A DNA stretch of 64,000 bases from an uncultured bacterium (GCA_963822585.1 CAWGIE010000019.1:192001-256000); one strand, 5' to 3'. Shown: positions 29,631 through 39,975, counted from the first letter of the stretch. Translations and numbers: made by a program. The notes: generated by a model from the sequence alone, not told the origin.

Positions 29631-30138
29631 AACCGGGCAGTGCCCCGGCGATAGGCCGCTTCCGACCGTTTCCCGTGAATCGAAAACCCGGAAGCAAGCT
29701 CGATAATTACATCACAGTGAAACGAACTTAATTAAATTCTGGAGCTATTTTGGAGTGCATTGACCGTGTCAATGCATGCAGCGACATGGCCGCTGCACTC
29801 TATAAGAACCATAATGTACCCACACAAAATGGCAGAGAACCAATCTTAATTTATTTTCTCAACTATTCTTCGTGACCTTCGTATCCTTCGTGGTGAATTT
29901 CTTCACCGCGCTATCGATGCCTTACTTCAGACCGCACCCCGCAAAATCGAAGATCCCGCGGTAGCGAAGCTACTTTGCGGTGATGATCTTCAATCATCGC
30001 GGGGTGTACATTCGAGGCCGGCCGGGGGACACCGTAACCTTGACGGTTTTTATTTGAGACCGCACCCCGCAAAATGCTCTTTGAGCATCGCGGGGTTAAG
30101 AAAAGGGCCGGCTGAATTTTGCCTTCTTGCAACGCCTT

Positions 30139-30324
30139 TTATTTAAGACCAAACTTCCGCAGGATGGCCATGGCCGGGCACCAGTTCGTGAAGGCGGACT
30201 GGAGCAGGTTGAGACCGACGAAAGCGGTGAACAGGAGCCACCAGGGGCTGACCAGGCGGGCGAGGAGGAGGCTCAGCAGGATAAAAAAACCGGCCAGCCC
30301 CCGCAACATTCTCTCTATCGTCAT
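30139..30324 (-). CDS. DUF2892 (YgaP-like) small membrane protein
   Basis: ER.LR..AG, FVGLNLLQSAFTNWCP; SD AGGAGG. Confidence 0.85.
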   Translation of the reverse strand: MTIERMLRGLAGFFILLSLLLARLVSPWWLLFTAFVGLNLLQSAFTNWCPAMAILRKFGLK

Positions 30325-30477
30325 CTTCGACCTCCTTATTTAAGCGTTGATCACGGCAACATCTGTTGATAGAGTATATGTTACATCGTAATAAATAAAT
30401 ACGAATAGTAACCGTGCTGTCAGGGCGTGAATTGTCGGATCCGAACTGATTCTTTAATCGTCATCAATCTATCTTTG

Positions 30478-30531
30478 CTGTTTCGGGAGTTCAATAATCG
30501 GATAAATCCGATTATTGAACTCCCGAAACAG
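30478..30531. repeat. perfect palindrome, 26-bp arms
   Basis: CTGTTTCGGGAGTTCAATAATCGGAT-AA-ATCCGATTATTGAACTCCCGAAACAG. Confidence 0.9.
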
Positions 30532-30772
30532 ACAGAAAAACAACCAGAATTAGTTCATGCCTTTTTGGGGTTTAAAATCTAAAAGGTTAAATGTCGCTTC
30601 TTGTACAAGAGAATTCGAACTAATTTCCGTACATCATCTGACTGCAACCGTTTTAAATAGTAGAACCCGCAAAAAATAACTAAATTTGAGAGCGAAGCGA
30701 GCTAATTTATTTAACAAACAATAATTAACAGCAATTTGCGCCGCAGGCGCAAATTGAAAAGGAGGAAATTGC

Positions 30773-31534
30773 ATGAGAACAACGCCGCCGGTAAAGGTAT
30801 CCCAGGACAAGATTACCTTCGACGTCAGCGAGATCGAGGCCATCCTTCAGGCTCCCCCGATGGACGTCAAACCCTTCGAGCCCCGCTCGGTTCTTTTAAA
30901 GAACAAAGCGGGCGAGACCAAGACCATGCTGGTCCGGGAGGCGAAACTGGAAGAGGCCAAGCCGCTACTCAAACTCATCCGGGAAAAGTTCCTCCAGGAA
31001 GAAAACCTGGAAGACGTTCCGGACTTCTATGACATCGTCGGGGCCCGGGTCTATGCCGAGATCCTGGGCTGGTACCGTCACCGCCTGAAAGACCCCTACA
31101 CGCTGGTCGGCCTCTGCGACGGAGAACTGACCGCCTTTGCCAACGGACGGCTGATGAACGAGGAGATCAACATCAGCCTCCATACCATGGCCTTCGACCG
31201 GGGTTTCCGGGCCGGGGCGGCCATGTACTTCATCAAGTGCCAGTATTGCTTCGAGGACCTCGGGCAGGACGAGTTCTGGGCCACCTACGAGAGCTATAAC
31301 GGATGGAAGCGCTGGGGGTTCGGAATGGCGCAGCCGTCATATCCCTGGCCCGATCTCCAGCATGAACTGGGGGGGGCCCGTGTCTATTATATCACCAAGA
31401 AATACTGGGAGACCTCGATCAAGAATTACCTGACCCAGATGTACGATATCAAGGTCGATCGGCATGTCTCCGCGGAACTGCTGGCCAAGAATGAGGTCCT
31501 GCGCCTGCCGGAAGATCTGTCGCAAGGAGAATAA
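30773..31534 (+). CDS. hypothetical protein, possibly GNAT-like fold
   Basis: Strong SD AAGGAGG, coding-like composition; VREA..EE and RG.RAG patterns are only weakly GNAT-like. Confidence 0.6.
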   Translation: MRTTPPVKVSQDKITFDVSEIEAILQAPPMDVKPFEPRSVLLKNKAGETKTMLVREAKLEEAKPLLKLIREKFLQEENLEDVPDFYDIVGARVYAEILGWYRHRLKDPYTLVGLCDGELTAFANGRLMNEEINISLHTMAFDRGFRAGAAMYFIKCQYCFEDLGQDEFWATYESYNGWKRWGFGMAQPSYPWPDLQHELGGARVYYITKKYWETSIKNYLTQMYDIKVDRHVSAELLAKNEVLRLPEDLSQGE

Positions 31535-31687
31535 ATACGATACCGACGTGGAGTGATGGAATAGTGGAGTGATGGGAGCCGGCGCCCGGCCGGCCTTCCA
31601 TTACTCCACCACTCCACTGTTCCATCACCCCATTTCTCACACCCTTCCTTATCCGTCCCACCCCGACGACGAGGACCGACGAATACC

Positions 31688-32310
31688 ATGCTCGAAACCA
31701 TCATCGCCCACCTGAACTCGGTGGACCCGTTCTGGATCTACGTCACCCTCGTCTTCTTCTCTTTCATCGAGAATATCTTCCCCCCTCCCCCAGTGACGTG
31801 GTGGTGATCGCGGGGGCGACGCTGATCGCCTCCACTACGATCAGCTTCATCCCGGTGGTCGCCCTCACCAGTCTGGCCAGCGCCCTTGGGTTCATGGTGG
31901 TGTATCTGATCGGAAAATATCTGGGGGAAAAGATCATCCGGACAGGAAAACTCCGCTTTATCCGGCCGGAGGCGATGGAGAAGAGCGACCGCTGGTTTGG
32001 GCGTTACGGCTACGCCTTCATCCTCGCCAACCGGTTTCTGCCGGGGACGCGGGCGGCGATCAGCTTCGTCTCCGGGCTGCTGGAACTCCGTCCCGCAAAA
32101 ACCTTTTTCTGCGCGCTGGCCAGCGCGCTGCTTTGGAACACGCTGATCATCTTTATCGGGATGAAGGTGGGCGACAATATCGCCCTGATCGACCGCTGTC
32201 TTTCAACCTACCGGAACGTCATCCTGCTGATCGCGGGTGGGGCGCTGGTGATCGCCGCCGGACGCTATCTCATTAACCGAAGTAGAAAGGAGCGCGGGCA
32301 CGATTCATGA
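31688..32310 (+). CDS. DedA-family membrane protein, one C missing near 31783
   Basis: FIENIFPP|SPSDVV, F.RYG, RFLPG.R, WN motifs. Confidence 0.85.
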
Positions 32311-32319
32311 CTCGACCGT

Positions 32320-33426
32320 TTACTCCTCCGGGGAGGGCCCTTCCTCTTCTCCGGCATAGAAGAGCATAAAGTAATTATCCAGTCTTCCCCGGGAGCCTCT
32401 CAGGAGATCAACCAGGTAATACCTGCCCGCCAGCCCCTCGTACCCTTCGGTGAACCGGCCGAAGAATACCGCCCCGCGGCCCGCCTCATTGATGATCAAA
32501 ACCCGGATCGTTCGTGCTTCCGGGTCCTCATCTTCCACCGTGTATCCGGCATCGTATAATCTCCCTGTCATTACCTCCCGGAATCGGCCGGCGTTGGTAA
32601 AATAAACATGCTGGAGATCTTTTCCGGCGACGCGGGATTCCTCGAAGGATGAGATGGCCTTTTCCGATATCCAATGACCGACCAATGCCTCCGCCGGCGT
32701 CCGAACGTTCCTCTCTTTTCCCGCGAGGGAAGATAACCTGAAGTAATAGGTCCACTCCCTGAATTCTCCGGTTTCGTCATCCTCCTTCGGTTCCTGATAC
32801 AGCCATTCCCCATCCTCCAGTCCGGCGGCGAAATTGCCCTCACATTTCAGCTGCCCGTCTTCATACCATAATCGCCAGGGCCCGTTTTCCAGCCCATCCT
32901 GGTACGCCCCCTCCTGGGCCCGGCGCCCGTTCTCGTACCAATAGGTCCAGGGACCATCCTGCTTCCCCCGGACGTACGCCCCTTCCCGCCTTTTTTGTCC
33001 GCCGGGATCATTGTAACGGTAGATCCAGGGGCCATTTTCCACCCCCGCCCCATACCATCCTTCTTTCCAGTCAAGGCCGTTTTTATACCAGAACTTCCAG
33101 AGTCCGTTCCGGCGGCCAAACTCGTCGAACGAACCCTTCTTCTCCCTGATCCCGTTATCGTACCAGTACGACCACTCTCCGACCCGAACGCCCCCCCTGA
33201 ACTCCCCTTCCATCATTTTCTGTCCGCTTCGATACCAGTAGGTCCAGGGACCGGATTCCCGATAATAATCCCCACCCGGGATCCCGGTCACCTCCACTCT
33301 TCCCAGCGCGCGGGGACGACCCGGCCCCCACAGACGGAGAGGGCAATCGGCCTGGGCCGTGCGGGAAAAGTGATCCGGCAACATCGCTACTCCGGCCAGG
33401 AGAATGAATAATGAAATCTTTTTCAT
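32320..33426 (-). CDS. exported MORN-variant (YwqK-like) repeat protein
   Basis: Signal peptide; repeated G.W..WY.NG....EG.Y..G units. Confidence 0.8.
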   Translation of the reverse strand: MKKISLFILLAGVAMLPDHFSRTAQADCPLRLWGPGRPRALGRVEVTGIPGGDYYRESGPWTYWYRSGQKMMEGEFRGGVRVGEWSYWYDNGIREKKGSFDEFGRRNGLWKFWYKNGLDWKEGWYGAGVENGPWIYRYNDPGGQKRREGAYVRGKQDGPWTYWYENGRRAQEGAYQDGLENGPWRLWYEDGQLKCEGNFAAGLEDGEWLYQEPKEDDETGEFREWTYYFRLSSLAGKERNVRTPAEALVGHWISEKAISSFEESRVAGKDLQHVYFTNAGRFREVMTGRLYDAGYTVEDEDPEARTIRVLIINEAGRGAVFFGRFTEGYEGLAGRYYLVDLLRGSRGRLDNYFMLFYAGEEEGPSPEE

Positions 33427-33523
33427 TAGAACTTAGCTTCGCAACTGCGGGAGGGCACGGCGGCCCTCCCCTACGTAGGGGCCAACCGCTGTGTCGGCCC
33501 GATTTATTGAAATTCCGAAACAG

Positions 33524-33632
33524 CAAGTTAGCGCCTACGGCGCAACTTGCAGTGTAAAGTGTAATGTTTAAAGTGTAATGAAACTTTCCACTTTACCCCT
33601 TACACTGCACACTACGTTATTGAAATTCCGAA
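33524..33632. repeat. ~110-bp element, copy B, within a REP mosaic (33431-33650)
   Basis: Same modules as copy A; flanked by GTAG/CTAC hairpins. Confidence 0.9.
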
Positions 33633-33720
33633 GCAGTAAATGAACTCGCCTCTCATTTTTCGGCTTCCCCGCCGCGCCCCGAAGCCTTAATCGGGGAAGT
33701 ATTACTCGGGGATAAAAAAT

Positions 33721-34833
33721 TTAAGGCCCATAACCGCTTTCCTGTATTGTGATGCCTTCTTCAAAAAGAACCTCGATAAAAAGAATCAGCGAGGGGGTCG
33801 CGTTTTCCCAGTATTCCCGGAAATTTTCATTGTCGTCCGGGACTTCGCGCTTCCAGGTCAGACGGGGAGCGATACCGATCCGGAACCAGGGACGCCAGAG
33901 GGAACGATAGTAGCGAAGCGTGAGCTGGTGTTGGTTATCCTTGAAAGAGGGCCAGGTGTGAAAATTGCTCTCCCACTCCAGGCTGACCGCGTAATTGGTG
34001 CCGTGGCGGATGTCAAAGCTCAGGTATTGCAGATTGAACTCCTGGGAAATATCGATCCCGTTGCTGGTGTTCGAATAAGTCGCCTGACTGTAGCTCCGGG
34101 CCAGGAAACGGGAACCGAGATAACGGTTAATCTCCAGTTTGGTCGTCTCGCCCGGACCATCATCAGTATAATAATAAACGTATTGTATCGGCCGGAAAAG
34201 CCACCGCCCGGCGACATGGGTATACTGGAGACGGGGTTTGATATAGACCACCGGGGGGAACGTGAATTGCAGGCCCAGGTTGGTGGCGAACTGCCATTCT
34301 CTTGTTTGCGCGTGGCGGATGCGCAGTCCGGCCGTGAAGTTACTGTCTGAGTCGGGATCCTCCCGGTCAAAATAATCCTGGTCGTCCTCATACTCATCAT
34401 CGCTGTCGCTCCCGATAAAGACACCCAGCCTGTTCTCCAGAAGCGGAAGGGGAGCAAACGCCTGGAAGCGGTTTTTAAATGCGAACTCCGGGCCCTCCTT
34501 CAGCTCGCCCCCCAGGCGGGCCTGCAGCCACGGCTTATCAAGCTCGGACTCCAGCGTGTCGGGGTCTCCGAACCAATTGTCGAACGAGAATACCCGGCCG
34601 GCCATGAATGACGACGTCCAGTCGTGAGCGGCATCGACGAACGTTCCCCCGGGGGGGGCAGTCGGGGACGGTGACACCGAGGGGGGGGACGAGTCGGCGG
34701 CCGGGGAGGGTTCCCCCCGGACATCCGGGGTTGCCGTCGGCGTCGGAACGGCTCCTTCCGCCCGGCCCTTGATCCCCCCGATCGTCAGTGCCGGCAGAAC
34801 AAGTCCAATAGTGATTTTTGCCGCACACTTCAT
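33721..34833 (-). CDS. putative outer-membrane beta-barrel protein, paralog 1
   Basis: Signal peptide, P/T-rich N-terminus, amphipathic aromatic strands; motifs shared with the neighbour. Confidence 0.65.
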   Translation of the reverse strand: MKCAAKITIGLVLPALTIGGIKGRAEGAVPTPTATPDVRGEPSPAADSSPPSVSPSPTAPPGGTFVDAAHDWTSSFMAGRVFSFDNWFGDPDTLESELDKPWLQARLGGELKEGPEFAFKNRFQAFAPLPLLENRLGVFIGSDSDDEYEDDQDYFDREDPDSDSNFTAGLRIRHAQTREWQFATNLGLQFTFPPVVYIKPRLQYTHVAGRWLFRPIQYVYYYTDDGPGETTKLEINRYLGSRFLARSYSQATYSNTSNGIDISQEFNLQYLSFDIRHGTNYAVSLEWESNFHTWPSFKDNQHQLTLRYYRSLWRPWFRIGIAPRLTWKREVPDDNENFREYWENATPSLILFIEVLFEEGITIQESGYGP

Positions 34834-34850
34834 TTTATCATACTATCACA

Positions 34851-36023
34851 TTAAAGTGTCTCTTCACCATTTTTAAAGAACAGGTCCTCGAAGAGGATCT
34901 CCACATAGAGAAAGAGCACGGGGGCGCCGTTTTTCCAGTAATCGGGAAAGTCCATCTCGTCATCATCGGCGGTAATTCGTTCCCAGAGTATTGATGGACC
35001 ATACTCCAGGCGAAGCCAGGGACGCCAGATATGATGACGGATCCGAAGCCAGGCCTGGTGCTGAAAAAACTTGGAAGAGGGCCAGGTGTGGCCGCTGCTC
35101 TCCCATTCCAGGCTGACCGCGAAATGGGGATAATCGTCCTGCAGGAAATCGACATACTGAACCGCGAATCCCTGTGAAAAGTCGACGCCGTTGCTGGTAT
35201 TGGAATAAGTGGCGTCGGTCTCGGCGCGGAGAAGCCAGCGTTTCCCGGCGGAATAATCGATCTCGAAATCGGTCTCTTCGCCCAAGCCGTCGTCGCTGTA
35301 CCAGAAGACATACTGCCGGGGCTCTAAATAAAAACGCCCGGAGGGTATCTCCAGCTTGGCCATCGGCCGGATAAAAACATCCGGACTGTTGAAATTCAAT
35401 TTGGCCCCGACGTTGATATTCGATTTCAGGTGCGGGAGGTCATTAAAATGATAGCGGAGACCGGCGCTGGCGGTATGACCGGAGGGGGTATCGAAATAAT
35501 TGGGGTCGTCCTCGGGGTTGCCGTCTTCATCGGTCCCCAGGAAAGTTCCCAGCCGCCGCTCCAGGATGGGAAGCGGGAAATAAAAATGGAAACGCTGTTT
35601 CCACTTCAGCTTTTCCCCGTCCTGCCACTCCACCCCTCCCCGGACCAGGATCTGCGGGTCCTTGGCGTCCTCCTCCAGCTTGGAGCTTCCGAAGTAGCTA
35701 TCGAATTTGTAGACCTCCGCCGCCACCAGGTGGGAGATCGACCGATGGACCTTGTCGACTTTTGTCTCCTGGAGTGAACCGGGCACGGGGGTTGTCCAGT
35801 GCGGCGGTGTCGGCGTTATCACCCTTATGGAGGTCGGGGTCGGTGAGGGAGAAAGGATCGTCGTCCGGGATGGTAACGGGGAGCAGGGGGGCGACGGCAT
35901 CGAAGGAGTCGGTCCGGTTTCCGGTGAAGCAAAGATCATTTTAGCGGCGGAAAGCGTGATCAGAATAGCTGACACCCCGGCCATAGGGAGAAGACGCTTA
36001 CTGAGGAGGTTATATCCTGCCAT
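34851..36023 (-). CDS. putative outer-membrane beta-barrel protein, paralog 2
   Basis: Shares ATYSNTSNG, AVSLEWES, HTWPS and WRPW with 33721-34833. Confidence 0.65.
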   Translation of the reverse strand: MAGYNLLSKRLLPMAGVSAILITLSAAKMIFASPETGPTPSMPSPPCSPLPSRTTILSPSPTPTSIRVITPTPPHWTTPVPGSLQETKVDKVHRSISHLVAAEVYKFDSYFGSSKLEEDAKDPQILVRGGVEWQDGEKLKWKQRFHFYFPLPILERRLGTFLGTDEDGNPEDDPNYFDTPSGHTASAGLRYHFNDLPHLKSNINVGAKLNFNSPDVFIRPMAKLEIPSGRFYLEPRQYVFWYSDDGLGEETDFEIDYSAGKRWLLRAETDATYSNTSNGVDFSQGFAVQYVDFLQDDYPHFAVSLEWESSGHTWPSSKFFQHQAWLRIRHHIWRPWLRLEYGPSILWERITADDDEMDFPDYWKNGAPVLFLYVEILFEDLFFKNGEETL

Positions 36024-36051
36024 GACGAGGGCTTGTGTAGTGCGCGCTCAA

Positions 36052-36105
36052 GTAGTGCAGGGCTTCAGCCCTGCCCGGCCAAGCAGGGCTGAAGCCCTGC
36101 ACTAC
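36052..36105. repeat. GTAG-type REP palindrome (23-bp perfect arms)
   Basis: GTAGTGCAGGGCTTCAGCCCTGC-8-GCAGGGCTGAAGCCCTGCACTAC; degenerate copy at 41489-41543. Confidence 0.85.
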
Positions 36106-36141
36106 GAGGTTGTCCAGCCGGAGGAGGGGCTACCTTGCTGC

Positions 36142-36249
36142 TTCGGAATTATAATAACGTAGTGTGAAGTGTACGGTGTAAAGTGGAAAGTTTCATTACA
36201 CTTTAAACATTACACTTTACACTACAAGTTGCGCCGAAGGCGCTAACTT
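36142..36249. repeat. ~110-bp element, copy C (reverse orientation)
   Basis: Reverse complement of copy A; abuts the sixA stop codon. Confidence 0.9.
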
Positions 36250-36250
36250 A

Positions 36251-36712
36251 TCATTCCAGCAGATGGGGACAGATCGAAAAAAGCACCTGCCAGCAACCTT
36301 CCCCGTTCCGCTCCAATCCGACGATCTCCCCCGGTTCAAAACGGAAGATCTGCAATTCATCGGGGCAGCCCAGGAGCAGATTGGCTAACCGGGAGAGGAA
36401 GGGGAGATGACCGACCAGCAGCAGGTCTTCGTCCCGGTCGATGATGTCTCCCCTGACCGGGATGACCGGATCGAGGGGTGCCAAACCCGATTTCTCCAGA
36501 AGGCGGCTGGTTCCCCCCGCTTGGGCGATTATCTCGGCGGTCTCCCGGACCCGGGCCTTCTCACTGTGCCAGATCTCGGGGATGAATAACCCGTTCTGTT
36601 CCAGAAAACGCCCGATAGTGGCGACGTCAAGACGCCCCCGCTCCGTCAGCCTTCTCTCCGGGTCCTTTTCCTTCGGCTGCGGTTCCCCGTGACGGACTAA
36701 GTATAGTTTCAT
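36251..36712 (-). CDS. sixA: phosphohistidine phosphatase SixA
   Basis: LYLVRHG, R.LT..G, HS...R..ETA, LVGHLP. Confidence 0.9.
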   Translation of the reverse strand: MKLYLVRHGEPQPKEKDPERRLTERGRLDVATIGRFLEQNGLFIPEIWHSEKARVRETAEIIAQAGGTSRLLEKSGLAPLDPVIPVRGDIIDRDEDLLLVGHLPFLSRLANLLLGCPDELQIFRFEPGEIVGLERNGEGCWQVLFSICPHLLE

Positions 36713-37007
36713 GATCTCCCTCCTTCAGAGTCGACAGAAACGCCCTGCATCGCCGGTACCTCCTCACCCCGGTAATCCCGGTCAGGAAAGCTAGGGGGAG
36801 GAAAAAACATCCGATGATTATCAGGACGGTGTTCTCGAAAAATTTAATAAAAGACACCCCGGCCACAAACAGGGTCAGCGAGAGCCGAAGATGTGCCAGA
36901 AGAGTTCTCTCGTTGGCGAGGATTGTCCGGTCGGCGGCCAGGTGATCGCGGACGTCGGTCAGGTTGCACCATATGTTTTTTCGCTGCTCTGCCACCGTAT
37001 CCTGCAT
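36627..37007 (-). CDS. DUF202 (YidH/Vtc1-like) membrane protein
   Basis: DHLAADRTILANERTLLA..R followed by two hydrophobic helices; 3' end overlaps sixA. Confidence 0.8.
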   Translation of the reverse strand: MQDTVAEQRKNIWCNLTDVRDHLAADRTILANERTLLAHLRLSLTLFVAGVSFIKFFENTVLIIIGCFFLPLAFLTGITGVRRYRRCRAFLSTLKEGDHETILSPSRGTAAEGKGPGEKADGAGAS

Positions 37008-37012
37008 CCTTT

Positions 37013-37717
37013 TTACAGATCAAAAAACTCGTAGAGCGTCTCCACCCGAGGGGCGTAGAGGTCGACCGATTCCTTCAATGTCTGCTGCGCGGCGAAACTT
37101 CCCAGGCCGAAAGCGGTTCCGATGGAGATCACCTCGTCGATATGGTCTAAGGGATTATCGCCGATGGTGATCGCTTCCCCGAAAGACCGGTTATACTGTT
37201 GAAGAATATACCGGATGGCGGCCGGTTTCTTCCCCTCGATGATCTTGTCTTTGCGTAGCTTGGTCACGCTGAAATAGCCGTCTACCGGTATCCGGTAATG
37301 CCGCATCCATTTCCCATCCCCTTCGCTGGCCGTGAGGATGATGATCAGGCTCCCCGATTTCTTCAGCTTTCGGATAAAGGCATCCATCCCCGGGATCAGG
37401 GCGTTGAACCGGACATGCCGGTAGTTATCCAGGTAGAATTGCCAACTGACCTCGCCCACCTCCACCAGTTGAACTTCGGTCAAACGAGGATAGTATACCT
37501 CGTAGATCCCTGTCCGCGCGAAAGGATGGTAGGCTCTGGTGAATGCCTCCTCGGAGAGTTTCGCCGCCGGCGGATAGGTCTGCGATATTACCTTTTCAAA
37601 CGCCTCCTCATAGCACCCGTAAGCTATCTCCCGGCTGGAAATAATCGTAGCGTCCCTATCCAGGATAATCAGCCATCCCCGGGACGGCAGGGGCAATGAT
37701 AGGTCTTTTTTTGTCAT
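37013..37717 (-). CDS. HAD-superfamily hydrolase
   Basis: LDRDAT (DxD), ILTAS, KKP, IGDNPLD motifs I-IV. Confidence 0.75.
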   Translation of the reverse strand: MTKKDLSLPLPSRGWLIILDRDATIISSREIAYGCYEEAFEKVISQTYPPAAKLSEEAFTRAYHPFARTGIYEVYYPRLTEVQLVEVGEVSWQFYLDNYRHVRFNALIPGMDAFIRKLKKSGSLIIILTASEGDGKWMRHYRIPVDGYFSVTKLRKDKIIEGKKPAAIRYILQQYNRSFGEAITIGDNPLDHIDEVISIGTAFGLGSFAAQQTLKESVDLYAPRVETLYEFFDL

Positions 37718-37849
37718 ATCTTATTTTTCCTCCGGAAAAATAAAGATATAAAAAGTGCGGATCAGCATCTCTGTCTTCGATGGTATCGTATAATTATATG
37801 GGATGAACAACAGTGTCAAGCAATTAATACAGGCGGTTTCAGTTTCTGA

Positions 37850-38713
37850 TTATTCCAGTTCGGGATGCAGCATCATCGGCGCTCGCCATTTGGTATCGAA
37901 CCCCAGTTTCTTCAGCAGGACGATCCCCTCTTTGATCCCCTGCCCGGCCGTTGCCGCACTGTGGGCGTCATCGCCGGGAACGACGGCGATGCCCCGTTCC
38001 CGGGCCATTTCCAGGATAGGGTGACACGGGTACGGTTCTCCCTTTCCCGGCAGTTCCCGGCAGTCACAGTCGAGAATAAGGTCCAGTTCCCCGATCCGGT
38101 CCAGATTACGACGGAGACGAGCCGCGATCCCGGGTCGCGCCAGCCGGTCGCGGTAGTCCGGATCAAATATCCTGATCAGGTCAAAATGGCCCACCACCGC
38201 CGGGTGAAGGGTGTCAATCATCTCCAGCTGCAGATCGAAATACCGGCAGTAGAGAGCGTCAAGACCGTCCGCCTGACGGACGGCTTCCTCGTACTTCTCG
38301 CGGGAGTAGTCAAAGGGAACCTCGCCGACATGGTGAACGGAACCGACGATATAGTCGGGCCGGAATGTTTTGATCAGACCCCGGACTGCCATCCGGTAAC
38401 CACTGAAGCTCTCCGTCTCCAACCCCAGGTAGATGGTCAGCCGGGGGGCGTATTTCTTCTGTAGTTCGCGCCCCGCGGTCATGTAACGGGCGAAGCGCCG
38501 GTAGACGGCGGCGGCGTCGAGGCCGGATTTGACCTCCTCCGGAAAGAGGTACCGGTCGCTGACCGGGGGCATGTGTTCCGTGATGCCGACGCGATGGAAT
38601 CCCCGTTCAATATACGCCCGGACCACCTCCTCCAGGGTATCCTTGGCGTGACCGCAAAACTCCCCGCTGTGACCGCCATGTAATGAGATTAGATCTATAC
38701 TATTATCAACCAC
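37850..38713 (-). CDS. histidinol-phosphatase, PHP (HisJ/HisK) family
   Basis: HGGHSGEFCGHA, ITEH, GSVHH, GHFDL, GDDAH. Confidence 0.85.
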   Translation of the reverse strand: MVDNSIDLISLHGGHSGEFCGHAKDTLEEVVRAYIERGFHRVGITEHMPPVSDRYLFPEEVKSGLDAAAVYRRFARYMTAGRELQKKYAPRLTIYLGLETESFSGYRMAVRGLIKTFRPDYIVGSVHHVGEVPFDYSREKYEEAVRQADGLDALYCRYFDLQLEMIDTLHPAVVGHFDLIRIFDPDYRDRLARPGIAARLRRNLDRIGELDLILDCDCRELPGKGEPYPCHPILEMARERGIAVVPGDDAHSAATAGQGIKEGIVLLKKLGFDTKWRAPMMLHPELE

Positions 38714-38820
38714 CGATACGTTCCTTTGTGTCTAATAGTCGATAAGGCCAGCAGATAAAATCCCAAATAACAAACAAATCTCACATTCAAAACTAATATT
38801 TTTCCGAAGGAAAAATATTA

Positions 38821-39975
38821 TTACCACTTGTCTTGAAGAGTATAGGCTAAATGCGGGGTGAAGAGCCCCGGATCGAGAAGAAACGCGTCATGTCCCTTTT
38901 CCGAATGCACCGTGATATGCTGCGAAGGGACACGGCACTTCTGGAGCATTTTCATCAGTTGTTCCTGTTCTTCCGGGTAAAAACAGACATCGGAATCGAT
39001 GCTGAACACCAGGAACCGCTGACGGCGGCAGCGGCTGAAGGCGGCGGAAAAGCCCCGGGCCTGGGCGTCCTTGACCAGGTCGAAATTCTGCCAGAGATCC
39101 ATGATCCGGAGATAGGTATTGGCATCGAACCGGTGCACGAACTTCCGGGCCTGGTGCAGCATATAGGATTCCACCGGGTGATTAATTCGATAACCGCTCT
39201 TGCGGGCGCCGGCATCGTCCACCACCTCCCGCCGGGCCCGGAGGGAGAGTGTCCGCAGGGAAACGAACGTTTTGTGAGAGATCATCCGGGCCAGGGAAAG
39301 ACCCTTCACCGGAGGCGTCCCCCCGTAATAATTGCCCTTCCTGAAGTTCGCGTCTTCCTCGATGGCATAGATCTGTTCAAAGTTGTGGATGCGCTGGAGA
39401 ATGGTGACCGACATCCCGGCGGCGATCGGGATGACGGTCCTGACCCGGTTCGGGTAACGGACAGCCAGGTTCAGGGCCAGCATCCCGCCCAGGGAACCTC
39501 CCGCGACGGCATGAAGCTGGTTGATCCCCAGGTGCTCGATCAGGCGTATCTGTGAATCCACGATGTCGTTGGCGGAGACCCGGGGAAAGGAACCCCCGTA
39601 GGGCTTGCCGGTGCGGGGATTCCGGGATCGGGGCCCGGTCGTACCGTAGCACCCGCCGATATAGTTGGCGCAGATGACGAAGAACTGGCGGGTATCCAGG
39701 GCCTTTCCCGGGCCGATAAAACCGCTCCACCATCCGGTCCGACACTCATCACACCAGAGAGAACCCACGCCGGGAACCGACGGATTGTAGCCGGCCGCGT
39801 GCTGGCTGCCGGAAAGGGCGTGAAAGAGGAGAACGGCATTGTCGCGGGCGGCCGAGAGGGTCCCGTAGGTCTCGTAGGCGAGGGTCAGCGGGCCGAACCC
39901 GGGGGCGTTCTGGAGTGAAAACCCGTTGCCCTTTCCCTTTTTCAGTGAAAGGAATTGTGTCTTTACCTCTTTCAC
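38821..39975 (-). CDS. metX: homoserine O-acetyltransferase
   Basis: AYETYG, HALSG, GPGKALDT, GGCYGTTGP, GGSLGG, RFDAN, GHDAFL. Confidence 0.92.
   Translation of the reverse strand: MKEVKTQFLSLKKGKGNGFSLQNAPGFGPLTLAYETYGTLSAARDNAVLLFHALSGSQHAAGYNPSVPGVGSLWCDECRTGWWSGFIGPGKALDTRQFFVICANYIGGCYGTTGPRSRNPRTGKPYGGSFPRVSANDIVDSQIRLIEHLGINQLHAVAGGSLGGMLALNLAVRYPNRVRTVIPIAAGMSVTILQRIHNFEQIYAIEEDANFRKGNYYGGTPPVKGLSLARMISHKTFVSLRTLSLRARREVVDDAGARKSGYRINHPVESYMLHQARKFVHRFDANTYLRIMDLWQNFDLVKDAQARGFSAAFSRCRRQRFLVFSIDSDVCFYPEEQEQLMKMLQKCRVPSQHITVHSEKGHDAFLLDPGLFTPHLAYTLQDKW

Noticed and set aside
29931..30097. Structured ncRNA in the tamB-DUF2892 gap
   Set aside because: Two copies of ACCGCACCCCGCAAAAT..CATCGCGGGGT look like REP-type hairpins, and no known RNA family motif was recognised.
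6615..31795. Programmed frameshifting or pseudogenisation of hemC, cysK, fprA and dedA
   Set aside because: Each is a single-base indel in a short homopolymer (~6620, ~11441, ~24357, ~31783) with both halves otherwise intact. Sequencing or assembly error is the simplest explanation, though only reads can confirm it.
32320..33426. YwqK antitoxin of a toxin-antitoxin pair
   Set aside because: It has a signal peptide and no adjacent toxin gene, so it is a generic MORN-variant repeat protein.
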